This document shows positions 12,839-24,874 of a stretch of DNA of 64,000 nt, piece after piece (the first letter of the stretch is position 1; each line of letters begins with the position of its first letter). The position numbers and the translations under genes are program-made. Source of the DNA: Octopus vulgaris (lineage: Eukaryota). The notes beneath the pieces were generated by a model. It was not told the origin of the DNA. It did no database searches and was given only the letters and a program-made list of their open reading frames with translations. The stretch spans positions 132,804,001 to 132,868,000 of the forward strand of contig OX597818.1 of NCBI GenBank assembly GCA_951406725.2. The letters run 5' to 3'.

Positions 12839-12869
<31 letters not shown>

Positions 12870-12890
12870 TTATGTTTCTCTCTGCGTATA

Positions 12891-12947
12891 TTTCACTGAT
12901 GAGGCAAAGTATTTCTTAATGCAAAGCCAGAAATCCGGGATCTAGAA
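12891..12947 (+). ncRNA. Type I hammerhead ribozyme, family 3 (weakened stem I)
   Basis: TTTCA-CTGATGA-GGC...GCC-A-GAAA-TCCGGGA-TC-TAGAA. Confidence 0.68.
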
Positions 12948-13177
12948 TTACCCAGTAATTTTTTACTAGTTTAATTTTGTCTTTTGTCTTCTCTCCTTGT
13001 GCTATATGAACACTTAAGGTGGTTTTAGAGTCAGATACTGGCTGTTATTTTCAGCATGGCGGCATCTCGTAGATACCCTAAATTATAATTTTAATAATAA
13101 TTATTACCTTTGATGGTTTTTATTTCCATGCTGGCCACTTGATAAGATCGTTATTAAATTTAAATTAACGATCTTAT

Positions 13178-13227
<50 letters not shown>

Positions 13228-13439
13228 GAGCGGTCAGTACCCTCTCTATCACTTGAAAACAGGTGTTGGTGTGTTTATGTCCCCATAAATTAGCAGTTCA
13301 GCAAAGAGACCAATAGAATAATTAAAAGACTGATAAAAAAAAATACTAGAGTCAATTCATTTGACTAAAGATTTTTCAAGGCAGTGTTTCAGAATCACCA
13401 CAGTCTAATAAGCAAAACAAATATTAAATTTATATATAT

Positions 13440-13635
13440 ATCATGATAGATCGTTAGCTCCTACACGCATTTTTTTCTCTCCTTGTTTTTTTTCTGTGTA
13501 TCTTTCTGTAGAAGAGCGTAGACTCGAAACGTAAAAGACTTTTTCTATTTCTATTCCTGAGCGCTATACTAATACATTTGTTTGTTTGTACTCCACCTGC
13601 CTTCGTCTTTTGTTTATTTACGTAAACTTTCCCTT
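13440..13635 (+). mobile_element. PLE-terminal-repeat-like family R with atypical minimal HHR motif
   Basis: tcttt-CTGTAGA-A-GAGCgtagACTC-GAAA-CG-TA-aaaga. Related copies lie at about 26358-26490 and 31424-31570, all within (TA)n. Confidence 0.55.
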
Positions 13636-13645
13636 TATATATATA

Positions 13646-13749
<104 letters not shown>

Positions 13750-14428
13750 TATACACAAATATATGAAAGACCAAACCAAAATTGAAATGGTATCTTTTGA
13801 CATATCTGTATATCTGGATTATTACTTTCGCAAAAGCCAGGATGAACATCACACAATCATAAATTTTAAAATGTTTCTCAAAATCTCAGGTGTTGTTTTA
13901 AACTCAGCGTAATAAATCAATACAAATGTGACATGCGAATCTCAAAGTTATTGTCATGTTATACAATAACTTACAAGATATTTGTCAAAACTTTGGGGGA
14001 ATTATATAGTTTCTAATCTTGACAAAACTCTGTTGGGGAAAATGCACCATATTTTAAATGTTTACCCACAGAAGGAAAGTAATGGTGATGGGTGGTATAA
14101 ATAAATAAATACATAAATAAATAAATATGCAAATAAATAAGATGATTTCCAGAAGCAGTCAATTGATCTGTAAAACCATGTGGATATAGATTTATTGGTC
14201 GCTTATATGAAAAAGTAAGAGATTAGTTTTTGTATTTGGCTTACATAATAATACTTTTATACAGACAACTTACTTCAGGTTTTATATTTATCAATCATCT
14301 TGCAAATACCTACGTATATGGTATGATTGATTTTTTTTTGTTTTTCTTTCTCTGCTCTTTTTTTTTGCTTTTTAGTTTTCTTTCATCATTTATTTCAACT
14401 TATTTTTATTTTGTGCATGTGTATTTTT

Positions 14429-14459
<31 letters not shown>

Positions 14460-14556
14460 TCATACATACATACATACATTTATACATACGTACATACATA
14501 CATGCACACATACATATATATACACATTTTTGCATATACACTCACACATATATATA

Positions 14557-14958
14557 TACTCTCTTTTACTCTTTTACTTGTTTCAGTCATTTGACTACGG
14601 CCATGCTGGAGCACCGCCTTTAATCGAGCAACTCAACCCCGGGACTTATTCTTTTGTAAGCCCAGTACTTATTCTATCGGTCTCTTTTGCCGAACCGCTA
14701 AGTAACGGGGACATAAACACACCAGCATCGGTTGTCAAGCAATGCTAAGGGGACAAACACAGACACACAAACACACACACGCATATATATGTACATATAT
14801 ACATATATACGACAGGCTTCTTTCAGTTTCCGTCTACCAAATCTACTCACAAGGCTTTGGTCGGCCCGAGGCTATAGTAGAAGACACTTGCCCAAGGTAC
14901 CACGCAGTGGGACTGAACCCGGAACCATGTGGTTGGTAAACAAGCTACTTACCACACA
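14557..14958 (-). mobile_element. SINE family A
   Basis: Aligns to the other A copies and lacks the first roughly 12 nt of the head. Confidence 0.9.
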
Positions 14959-15085
14959 AATGCATACATATTAGTATATATACATGTGTGTGTGTGCGTG
15001 CGTGTGTGTGTGCGTGCGTGTGTGTGTGCGTGCGTGTGTGTGTGCGTGCGTGTGTGTGTGCGTGCGTGTGTGTGTATACATATAT

Positions 15086-15245
15086 ATCATCATCATCATT
15101 TAACGTCCGTTTTCCATGCTGGCATGGGTTGAACGGTTTGACTGAAAATTGGTAAGCTGGGGAGCTGCACCAGGTTCCTATCTGATTTGGCCGGGTTTCT
15201 GCAACTGGATGCCCATCCTGACACCAACCGCTCCAAGAGTGTAAA
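15086..15245 (-). mobile_element. RTE 3' UTR fragment (family D)
   Basis: catcatcatttaacgtccgttttccatgctggcatggg...ggatgccc. Confidence 0.7.
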
Positions 15246-15566
15246 TCACTATCACCAGTATCATCATTATCACTATTTAATGTTCGTATTCCAAGTTGGT
15301 ACAGGTTGGATAGTTTGACAGAGGACTACGTTGAACTACAACGTTTACTTTGACAGTTTGGTGCTTTTCATACTGCCAACAACTTTACAGAATATACAAG
15401 TACTTTTTTCTGTGGAACAGATGCTACTGAAGTTACCAAGTAATTTGCAAGAAAGACAAAGCCCACGAAAGGAAAATGGATGGGGTACAGAATTGAGGGA
15501 GATAGCTTTGTGCCAGATGCTGAGAGGCTAAAGTATGATAAAGGTATAGGACACAGGTATCTTACA

Positions 15567-15866
15567 TCACTCATTCATCATTGTTCGACCGTGGTCGAGA
15601 CAATGGAATTTACCATGCTACGCCAGACTTCACGGTCCATCATGGCATTACGGAGGTCCTGTTGCTGGATGCCTGTATCCATGGAGATTACATCAGGGTA
15701 GGAGAGTGTGCGCCCTCTGGTATTGCGAGTAGATGGCTTCCAGAGGAGAAGAGTAGAAATTACTTCTTTTTCAGCTCTACAACAATGTCCAGCAAACTGG
15801 ACTCTCCTACCTTTCACAAGAGAGGACACAGGTGGTAGTTTCCCATATATTTGCATTTGCATTTGA
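15567..15866 (-). mobile_element. 5'-truncated RTE-superfamily LINE (ORF2 C-terminus plus short TGA tail) with 11-bp TSD
   Basis: Translation IYGKLPPVSSLVKGRRVQFAGHCCR...DREVWRSMV. GGTATCTTACA occurs at 15556-15566 and 15919-15929. Confidence 0.85.
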
Positions 15867-15958
15867 CTGTTGGGGTAGCTATGTATTGCCTTTACTGTAA
15901 GATACCCACCCATATATGGGTATCTTACAGTAAAGGCAATACATAGCTACCCCAACAG
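15867..15958. repeat. Perfect 42-bp inverted repeat, 8-nt loop
   Basis: 15867-15908 is the exact reverse complement of 15917-15958. Confidence 0.97.
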
Positions 15959-16218
15959 GAAACAAAGAAAAGATGAAGTTTTAGGGTGTACTCTCAAGAT
16001 ATAAGAAGCTGGATAAAGAGAGAATAGTGACAGAGAACAACTGAGGATGGCTGGATGGGTAGGAGTGCAAGCGTGTGAAATGAGAGTGACAGATGGTTAG
16101 AGATAAGGAGGAAGTAATTGCAGGGAATGGTTAACAGGTTAGTGAGGAATCTCAGTTTGGAAGGAAGGTAAAAGAAAACAGGAATGTGTCAGGGAGGAGG
16201 TGGTAATAGGTGGTTTTA

Positions 16219-16448
16219 GGCGGTGAGCTGGCGGAAACGTTAGCACGCCGGGCGAAATGCGCAGCCGTATTTCGCCTGCCGCTACGTTCTGGGTTCAAAT
16301 TCCGCCGAGGTCGACTTTGCCTTTCATCCTTTCGGGGTCGATAAATAAAGTACCAGTTTTGCACTGGGTTGATGTAATCGACTTAATCCGTTTGTCTGTC
16401 CTTGTTTGTCCCCTCTGTGTTTAGCCCCTTGTGGGTAATAAAGAAATA
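16219..16448 (+). mobile_element. SINE family B (tail type 1) with 13-bp TSD
   Basis: Full length. GGTAATAGGTGGT occurs at 16202-14 and 16449-61. Confidence 0.92.
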
Positions 16449-16632
16449 GGTAATAGGTGGTAATACATAAAAGTGGAAAGGTAGGGAGCAACTGTATAAT
16501 AAAATAATAAACAGATGAAAAATAGGGAGATGATGTGAAGTGCAAGGGAGAGAGAAGAAAGCACAATGAAGCAGTTAGGGATCAGAAATATGTAGAGATA
16601 GATATAGTGAAGAAGTGACAAAAATGGTGAAA

Positions 16633-16845
16633 GGCGGAGAGCTGGCAGAAACGTTAGCATGCCAGGCAAAATGCTTAGCGATATTTTGTCTGTCTTTACA
16701 TTCTGAGTTCAAATTCCACCGAGGCCGAATTTGCCTATTTTCCTTTTGCGGTCGATAAATTAAGTACTAGTTACGTACTGGAGTGGATCTAATCGACTGG
16801 CTCCGTCCCCAAAAATTTCTGGCCTTGTGCCTAGAGTAGAAAAGA
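16633..16845 (+). mobile_element. SINE family B (tail type 2)
   Basis: Same head and central block, with tail ggccttgtgcctagagtagaaaag. Confidence 0.88.
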
Positions 16846-17487
16846 AAAATGGTGAAGGGTGTTGTTAGCAGTTATGAAATGGTACTCAACGAGAAAGGGA
16901 TATTCAGTGAAAAATAAGGTGTTGTTGAAAATGCTGGATGGATGGCAAGGGAAGTGCTTTCAAGGAGAGAGATAACTGGGAGTACAAAATGGATTATGGA
17001 ATAGATGCATTTCTGCTCTTATAAAATGACAGTATTTGAGAGCATAGACATTGATGATATATATATCATCAATGGGGCAGAGACACTGATGATAGATGTG
17101 TGTGTGTGTGTGTGTGTGTTTACATGCATAGACAATACTGACATGCACACACTTAAACACACAGGCAGGTTTATATTGCATGCAAAATATTATATAGATT
17201 AAACACAATAAGCAGTACACTATAAATATAATAGATTTAATTAGAATTAGTATATTTTTTCCTATTTGTTTATTCAATGCCATACCCACGTACACACACA
17301 CACACACATACCATTAATCTAACTCCTCCCCAATGAAATACGTATCAATTGAACACTAGGATCAGATATAATCAACTAGACCCCTCTTTTAAAATTTCAG
17401 GCATTGCACCTATAGTAAAAAGGATTATTATTATTAGACATGGCCTGGACCAATCTCTGGTCGAAACATATCTAAGTTTTATTTAAG

Positions 17488-17565
<78 letters not shown>

Positions 17566-17631
17566 CATTATTATTATTTGTAGATTTATTTGTTTTAACT
17601 ATGAATCTATGCTTCTGTACATAGTGTGTGC

Positions 17632-17674
<43 letters not shown>

Positions 17675-18342
17675 ATATACATACACTTTCTTTTATTGCC
17701 AATGTTATTGTGGGTGAGAAGAAATTATAGGAAAAATTAAAATATATGGGTTTTTTTACATAGAAATTGCTGGCACTTGGAATAAAATCTTAGACTCTTC
17801 ATATTTATGGGCAAAATATTCTCAGTAATGCCCTCCACCCCCACCTTTGTTCATGTCTTTCCTTAGCAGCATTACCACTCTACAGATCACGGAACTAGAA
17901 ATTCTTCCATTCTCCCGTCATTTGTAATAATACTCAACAAATATTTTGACAAATACCCCCATTTAGAAGGTTTTCAGCTTTACCTAATCCATTTGGCTTA
18001 AGAACTCTATTCCTACCATTGACCTGTCCTCTAGTTATAGTTTGTGCACCCCTAAGTTAGTTACATCATCCTCTTTATTATTAGTTAACATGATTGCCAC
18101 CAAATGCAAGGTGTTTATTTCTAGTATGTATGAGGGGCTGAAGATGAACCCCCTTGCTCTTGATCAGCGTAGTGGAGTGAATCTTTACCTCACCCTTAAT
18201 GAGTAGCCTAGCATTTACCATCTCATATCAATCGCCAGAGTGACAAAAGCTTCTCATTCCCAAACCTCTTTTTGGTTCTTTCCTACTCAAATGCCTGTCA
18301 GCTTTCTATGCTCTGAGTTGTTACACCTACATTTGTACGCTG

Positions 18343-18723
18343 TGGAGGCGCAATGGCCCAGTGGTTAGGGCAGCGGACTCGCGGTCGTAGGATCGCGGTT
18401 TCGATTCCCAGACCGGGCGTTGTGAGTGTTTATTGAGCGAAAACACCTAAAGCTCCACGAAGCTCCGGCAGGGATGGTGGTGATCCCTGCTGTACTCTTT
18501 CACCACAACTTTCTCTCACGCTTACTTCCTGTTTCTGTTGTACCTGTTTTTCAAGGGGCCGGCCTTGTCACTCTCTGTGTCACGCTGAATATCCCTGAGA
18601 ACTACGTTAAGGGTACACGTGTCTGTGGAGTGCTCAGCCACTTACACGTTAATTTCACGAGCAGGCTGTTCCGTTGATCGGATCAACCGGAACCCTCGTC
18701 GTCGTAACCGACGGAGTGCTTCC
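18343..18723 (+). mobile_element. tRNA-derived SINE family C with 14-bp TSD
   Basis: A-box tggcccagtgg, B-box ggtttcgattcc, TSD acatttgtacRctg. Near-identical to 59890-60281. Confidence 0.92.
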
Positions 18724-19868
18724 ACATTTGTACACTGAATATTTTTCAGCATTTTGCATTGTCAACTAAGAAGACAACTAAAGCGAATTTTCTGCCCTAT
18801 TTTCCCACAAGCGCCCAGACTTTTCTCAATCATTCTGTTTGTAAATTTAGCCATCCTGTGTCTCCTACTGAAAGATACAATTCTAGCATCTATTTTCCTC
18901 AAGCTTGCTTCACAGTTGTTGCGATTAGAACTGATGTGACCAATTGCAGTTGTGAAGGCAGTGGTGAGTGTACTGGTGGCACTAGTGCTGTGCCGATTTT
19001 CAGCCAAGTCATTATTTAACTGTTGTGGCAATGTTACTATTGTAGTTGTTGCTGTTTAACTGGTTGTTGTTACTACAGTACTAATAAGTAACTTCCACTA
19101 CATCTATCATAGATTCCTCAGTGGTATCTGTGAGAGGTAGTGGCGGTGGTGGTGTACTTTGGCGACTGTAAACAGGTGAGTTGCTGGTTGTGAATGGCAT
19201 GAGGGGGAGACTTTCTGTGGCAATCTCTCTTCCTTCAATGTTTGTCTCCCCACATCCTTTTGCCAACATATTGCCTTATTCATAGCCATATTTAAGTTTA
19301 GAAATTAAAAAAATTTTTTATTCAAAATATTTCTTTTTTTAAAAGCATAGCACCAATGGGACCAGAACAATGGAATCATCCAGCCTCTTATGGTCGTGGT
19401 CTGTTATGCAATGGAAAAAAAATGCCATAACAAATTTTTATAGAACAAACTATCAACAAAATTTTTCATAACTTATGGAGCAGCAAAAATATGTGGCACA
19501 CAGTTCAACAACAACAACAACAATAATAAATAAGAACAACAACAACAACGATACTAAAAAATAATAAGCATAAAAACAAGAACAAGAATTTCTTTCATTT
19601 TCCACAAGAGCAGTGGTGGAAGGGACAATAATAATTTCTATAATTGGTCACAGCCAACAATAATACTGATAACGAAGTTGGGTGGGTGGTGGTGATGAGA
19701 ACAATGGCAAAGATCATGAAGGTGATGATGATGACGATGATGATGGTGATGAAGATGACGATGAAGATGATGATGTCAATGACGACAACAATGAAAAACA
19801 ATGAAAATAGAAAAAAGTAAATGTTTGAAAAAATTAACAACAAAAATGAGAGCCGTTGAAATTCATAC

Positions 19869-19955
19869 CTTCAGTGGTTGTTGCTGTTGTTATTGTTATT
19901 GTTTTTGTTGTTGTTGTTGTCAATGGAAACTGAGTGGCCTGCACTGGCAAATGAA
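19869..19955 (-). CDS. Candidate isolated 87-bp phase 1-1 exon, Thr-rich (HLPVQATQFPLTTTTTKTITITTATTTE)
   Basis: Acceptor ttgttttcatttcag and donor AAG|GTATGA. The length is divisible by 3 and only the phase-1 frame is open. No partner exons were identified. Confidence 0.25.
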
Positions 19956-20318
19956 CTGAAATGAAAACAACCCTTACACCTTCTCTTGTTCATCCTCCCA
20001 CCATCTTCTTGCTCCACTTCCACTCTTACCTTCTTCCACCTCATCAGAAATGACATGGACAGTTTAATCTCATTGTATTGTGAAAAGGAGGAGGTGGATA
20101 TGAAGGGATGTGTGTCTGTGTGTGGGCATGTGTGTGTGTGGGCATGTGTGTGTGTATGTGTGTGTGTGTGAGTAAGTGTACTATTGTATGTGATTGTGTA
20201 TATGTGAGGGCATATGTATGTGTTAAAATTATATAATAATAATAATTATAATAATGCATGCATGTGAAAGCATGTGTGTGTGTGTACGTGTTTGTGTGTG
20301 AGAGGGACAGAGAGAGAG

Positions 20319-20358
<40 letters not shown>

Positions 20359-20461
20359 TGTGTGTATGTGTGTGTGTGTATGTGTGCGTGTGTGTGTGTG
20401 CAAATATATGTTTGCAAATGAGCTTTAACAATATGTGCCTATATGAAATGAAAGGATAATA

Positions 20462-20514
<53 letters not shown>

Positions 20515-20817
20515 ATTGTGTGTGCATGTGCATGTATATTTGTTACTGCTTGTGTTACCTAATTTGATTACATGTGTGTGTGTGTGTGTATGTGTGTGTA
20601 TGCATGTATGACCACGCAGGCTGAAATTATACAAGACCGAGCATGTGCGTGTGCTAAAGACAACATAAGGGGTGATGGTGGGAGACATGAATTCTATACT
20701 AAAATAATATCGTAATGTGGGGGTGGTCACGGGGAAGCTGGTGGCGGTGGGGATGGAATGCTGGATGCTAAAATAATATCACAATACTTGTGTTTGTTTA
20801 CTAAAATAATATCATAA

Positions 20818-20901
<84 letters not shown>

Positions 20902-21469
20902 AAAATAATATCAGAATGCCTACATATGTGTGGATGAGTAAATCTTCTGTGCGGGGTGGGGTTCAAGTGGGGGCAAACACGTGTGTGTGTGTATGCGTGT
21001 GTGTGTTTGTGAGTGTGTGGTAGAGTGCATATATGTATGTGTATTAAATAATGATTTCTCGCATAGGCACAAGGCTTACAAATATGAAAAAGCTAAGAAA
21101 AAAACTCTTATTGATTGAATCAATTCCTCTTCAAGACATGTATTTGTATATAGTATACATATCACTCAGTGGTATGAAATGCGGAAAAATAAATCAACCA
21201 TTGAAAGAATTGAACTCATAACCCATTATATCAGTGTCCTATTTTGTTTTGGGGATTTATTGAATTGTATCACTTACTATCCAGAGAAAAGAAGTTTGAC
21301 TTTGCCTTTCATCCTTTTGGAGTCGATGAAATTAATACGTGTTGAGCACTAGCGTCGCTGTCCTTGTACCAAAATTTGAAACAAATATCATTTTGACTTT
21401 ATATTCGTTCCTTCACCTTGTTGGATGAGGTTTGTAGGTAATCAAAGTGTGCTCAAAAGAGAGACGCTG

Positions 21470-21915
21470 ATCCATCATCATCATCTTCATCATCGTCATC
21501 ATTATCTTTTAATGTCAGGTTTCCATGCTGGCACGAGTTGGACAGTTTTACAGGAGCTGGTAAGTCAGAGAGCTGCACCAAGTTCTAATCTGATTTAGCT
21601 TGATTTCTATAGCTGGGTGCTTTTAGCGTGGCACCAGTATGAACACTTTTTCGTGATGCTGGCACAAATGCATTTTATGTGGCACTGACACAGGTCTCTT
21701 GCAGGCCAGTCTTCTTCATCAGGGGGAGTGGTAATAACACTTCTGCTGTGTAAGACGGGTCTTCTTGAGTATAGCGAGGCGCCAGATATCTCGGTCCTTT
21801 GTCATCTCCTCCATAAGTTTCAACGTCCTAAGGTCATCCTGTGTCTTCCTGGATCTCCCTCTTCAACGAGTTACTTCCAATTTGAGTGACTGATACTTCT
21901 TTTTGTGGCTGTCAA
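21470..21915 (-). mobile_element. RTE LINE 3' fragment: degenerate ORF2 end plus family D UTR
   Basis: The minus translation RGRSRKT..DDLRTLKLMEEMTKDRDIWRLAILKKT precedes the D-type UTR and (GAT)n tail. Confidence 0.78.
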
Positions 21916-22116
21916 TAAGGTATCAGATTATCAGTTGTGAGTCTGGTAGTTCTTGTTATGTTATTGGCACTACATTGTGTTTAGAGACTTTGTGTTTTAG
22001 AATCTTATCAAATCTTTATGAGTCTGTGGTGCATTGGAAATCAAAGAAAACATAATTGGGGAACTTGATATGGAAAGTTTTAAATTATTGGTGAACTTTA
22101 TCTGTGTAGTTATTCA

Positions 22117-22348
22117 GGCGCAATGGCCGAGTGGTTAGGGCAGCGGACTTGCGGTCGGAGGATCGCGGTTTCGATTCCCAGACCGGGCGTTGTGTGTGTT
22201 TATTGAGCGAAAACACCTAAAAGCTCCACGAGGCTCCGGCAGGGGATGGTGGTGATCCCTGCTGTACTCTTTCACCACTCTAAAGGCGGTGCTCCAGCAT
22301 GGCCGCAGTCAAATGACTGAAACAAGTACAAAAAAAAAAAAAAAAAAA
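22117..22348 (+). mobile_element. Chimeric SINE: family C 5' half fused to family A tail
   Basis: Family C sequence runs to ...ctctttcaccac (about 22278), then taaaggcggtgctccagcatggccgcagtcaaatgactgaaacaagta and poly(A). Confidence 0.88.
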
Positions 22349-22375
22349 CCCTCATCACGAGATAATCAGTTAGGT

Positions 22376-22797
22376 GTCATGAATGAGTCACCACAATTTC
22401 ACGAGATCTGTAAACCAACCAATCAGCGAAAAGTTGTGACATGATATGGTTCCTCAGATATTCTAGAATTTTACCTCTTGTCACCCCATAAAAACCATCT
22501 CGCACCTAACTTTGCAGGCAGACAACCCCCGACATTCAAGCAGGCAGTTTGTGACAGTTGGGCAGACAACTTTGGTTAGTTGGGCAGAATAATTCTGAAC
22601 ATTCACACAGTGTCTCATAAGTAACTTCTATGGACACAGTGAGGTTTTTCTCTCCTCCCAGTCAGCAATTGTATCGTATATTTTTTTCCCTTTACTTAAC
22701 CAACACCAAATATGTCTGGCAATGAATATTAAAATTAAAGTTTTGTGACTTTGCTTCAGTTATTCACGTAGCCAATGACATTCCCATGTACACTACA
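22376..22797 (+). mobile_element. Possible LTR remnant
   Basis: TGTCATG...CTACA termini with CCAAT, a TATA-like cataaaaa and ATTAAA in order. TGGT follows shortly after. No TSD was found. Confidence 0.3.
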
Positions 22798-23387
22798 ATA
22801 ATGGTAATAAAGCCAGCCATTGCAACAATGGAGTCAGACGTTTAGAATATATCATCATTAACCAGCTCGATGTGAGTGACCAAGTAACACCACGAGGCTA
22901 GGAAAGTAAAAAAATTAATGTTGCACTTCAAATAGAAAGTTTCAAATTAATGGTGAACTTTACATGGAAAGTTAAAAGTTAATGGTGCATTTTGGATGGA
23001 AAGATGAAATTACTGATGTGTATTACAGAAAAAGTTAAGTGAGACTATTCTCTGCACATGCGTTTTCCCATAAGGGGCATTTATAACTATAACTTGATAT
23101 TACTTAGCAGAGATGGAAATTTTAATTTTAAATGAAGGAAATACAAGGAAAAAGATGCATAGAATTCACATATTTATTTTTTCGTTTACTAATCACACAA
23201 TTCTTAAACTTTCCAGGCAGTGTATAGCACTATTTCATTCTTTTGAGAAATCATCTGCATTTCTCAATCTGTTATTCATTAATTAAGCATTCTATGAGGC
23301 AAGGCATTTCTTATAGATGGAAAATAATTAGTCCAGAAGTAATTCAGGTAAATGTACTTTTCAATTTTTACTTCCTCATTGAACGTT

Positions 23388-23547
23388 CATCATCATTGTT
23401 CGACCGTGGTCGAGACAATGGAATTTACCATGCTACGCCAGACTTCACGGTCCATCATGACATTACGGAGGTCCTGTTGCTGGATGCCTGTATCCCTGGA
23501 GATTACATCAGGGTAGGAGAGTGTACGCCCTCTGGTATTGCGAGTAG
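23388..23547 (-). mobile_element. Second, shorter copy of the 15567-15866 LINE 3' end, with 8-bp TSD
   Basis: Translation TRNTRGRTLSYPDVISRDTGIQQQDLRN...TTVEQ*. TGAACGTT occurs at 23380-87 and 23551-58. Confidence 0.88.
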
Positions 23548-24086
23548 TAATGAACGTTAGTAATTTGCCATCAAAATAAAAGAGAAAGCTCTTCGTGTTT
23601 ACACACAGGATAACCAACTCCAAGGAATTCTACTGCATGAAGGTGCTTTAAACTATTCAATATATTTTAGCTTTAACTACAGAAATGATTCACAAGCTGT
23701 TTTTGATATATTCTTTCAGGTGTACAATATATATTTCAAGGTGCTGCATCGATACGTAATGGAAAAGGTATCATTTTGTAAGCATCATACTTTGACCGCA
23801 TTTTCAATGGCTTGCTTTCAAATTCAGTGCCAGAGTTTTTCAAACACGTGTTTTTCCCAGTGGACAGTTATTACAAGGGAGATAATAATTTCCTTAGAAT
23901 ATTTGGTGTGCTAAGAAATTTTAATTTGAAATTAAGTAGTTATAAGTTAAACTATGTTTTATATTACAACTTTAGAATCAGATGCAGAATACTATTTCTT
24001 AGATTTTCTTTATCATACTTATATATAACAAAATTATAAAGAACATACTTTTCTAGACAACCAAGCATTAATATTTCTCTTTTTTA

Positions 24087-24295
24087 TACTCTTTTACTTA
24101 TTTCAGTCATTTGACTGCGGCCATGCTGGAGCACCGCCTTTAGTCGAGCAAATCAACCCCGGGACTTATTCTTTGTAAGCCCAGTACTTATTCTATCGGT
24201 CTCTTTTGCCGAACCGCTAAGTAACGGGGACGTAAACACACCAGCATCGGTTGTCAAGCAATGCTAAGGGGACAAACACAGACACACAAACACAT

Positions 24296-24347
<52 letters not shown>

Positions 24348-24509
24348 GACAGGCTTCTTTCAGTTTCCGTCTACCAAATCCACTCACAAGGCATTGGTCG
24401 GCCCGGGGCTATAGCAGAAGACACTTGCCCAAGATGCCACGCAGTGGGACTGAACCCGGAACCATGTGTTTGGTTAGCAAGCTACTTACCACACAGCCAC
24501 TCCTACGCC
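24087..24509 (-). mobile_element. SINE family A
   Basis: Full-length match to the other copies. Confidence 0.92.
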
Positions 24510-24874
24510 TACGTTGAATTATATTTTTGAAAATCTGAGGTACACTTTGAAACTTCATGACACTATAGTCAGTATCTATGATCTCTTTGTGAGACTTCCA
24601 GGAATGATTTGAGAAAAACAAAATAGAAGACAATACAACCAACGGGATGCTAAAGTAGGAAGCAGTATATTAAAATATAGAGTTATTTAATCGGTTGATA
24701 TAAAGATCTTCAACCGTTAACAAAAACAAAAACAAAAAACCAGCCTAACTGTGTAGAAAACGAACATCACAAAAAACAAATTGCGCAAACGAACCTGGTG
24801 GGGTGGGGACAGACTTTCGGAAAATTCCCAAGATCTGGTTTTTCCGTCATAACTTTCGGGAAAATGGATATATA

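Larger units (their letters stand above)
12434..12962. mobile_element. Fold-back (head-to-head inverted) PLE-like element with one HHR per arm
   Basis: Arms at about 12434-12709 and 12759-12962 are reverse complements apart from microsatellite length. The spacer is about 49 bp. Confidence 0.85.

Noticed and set aside
18343-18420. tRNA-like sequences with A and B boxes
   Set aside because: They are SINE heads followed by SINE bodies and TSDs, with no complete cloverleaf or terminator.
23720-23767. 48-bp plus-strand candidate exon (ttctttcag...AAG|gtatca)
   Set aside because: It has no recognisable protein motif or partner exons, and such sites are expected by chance in 64 kb.
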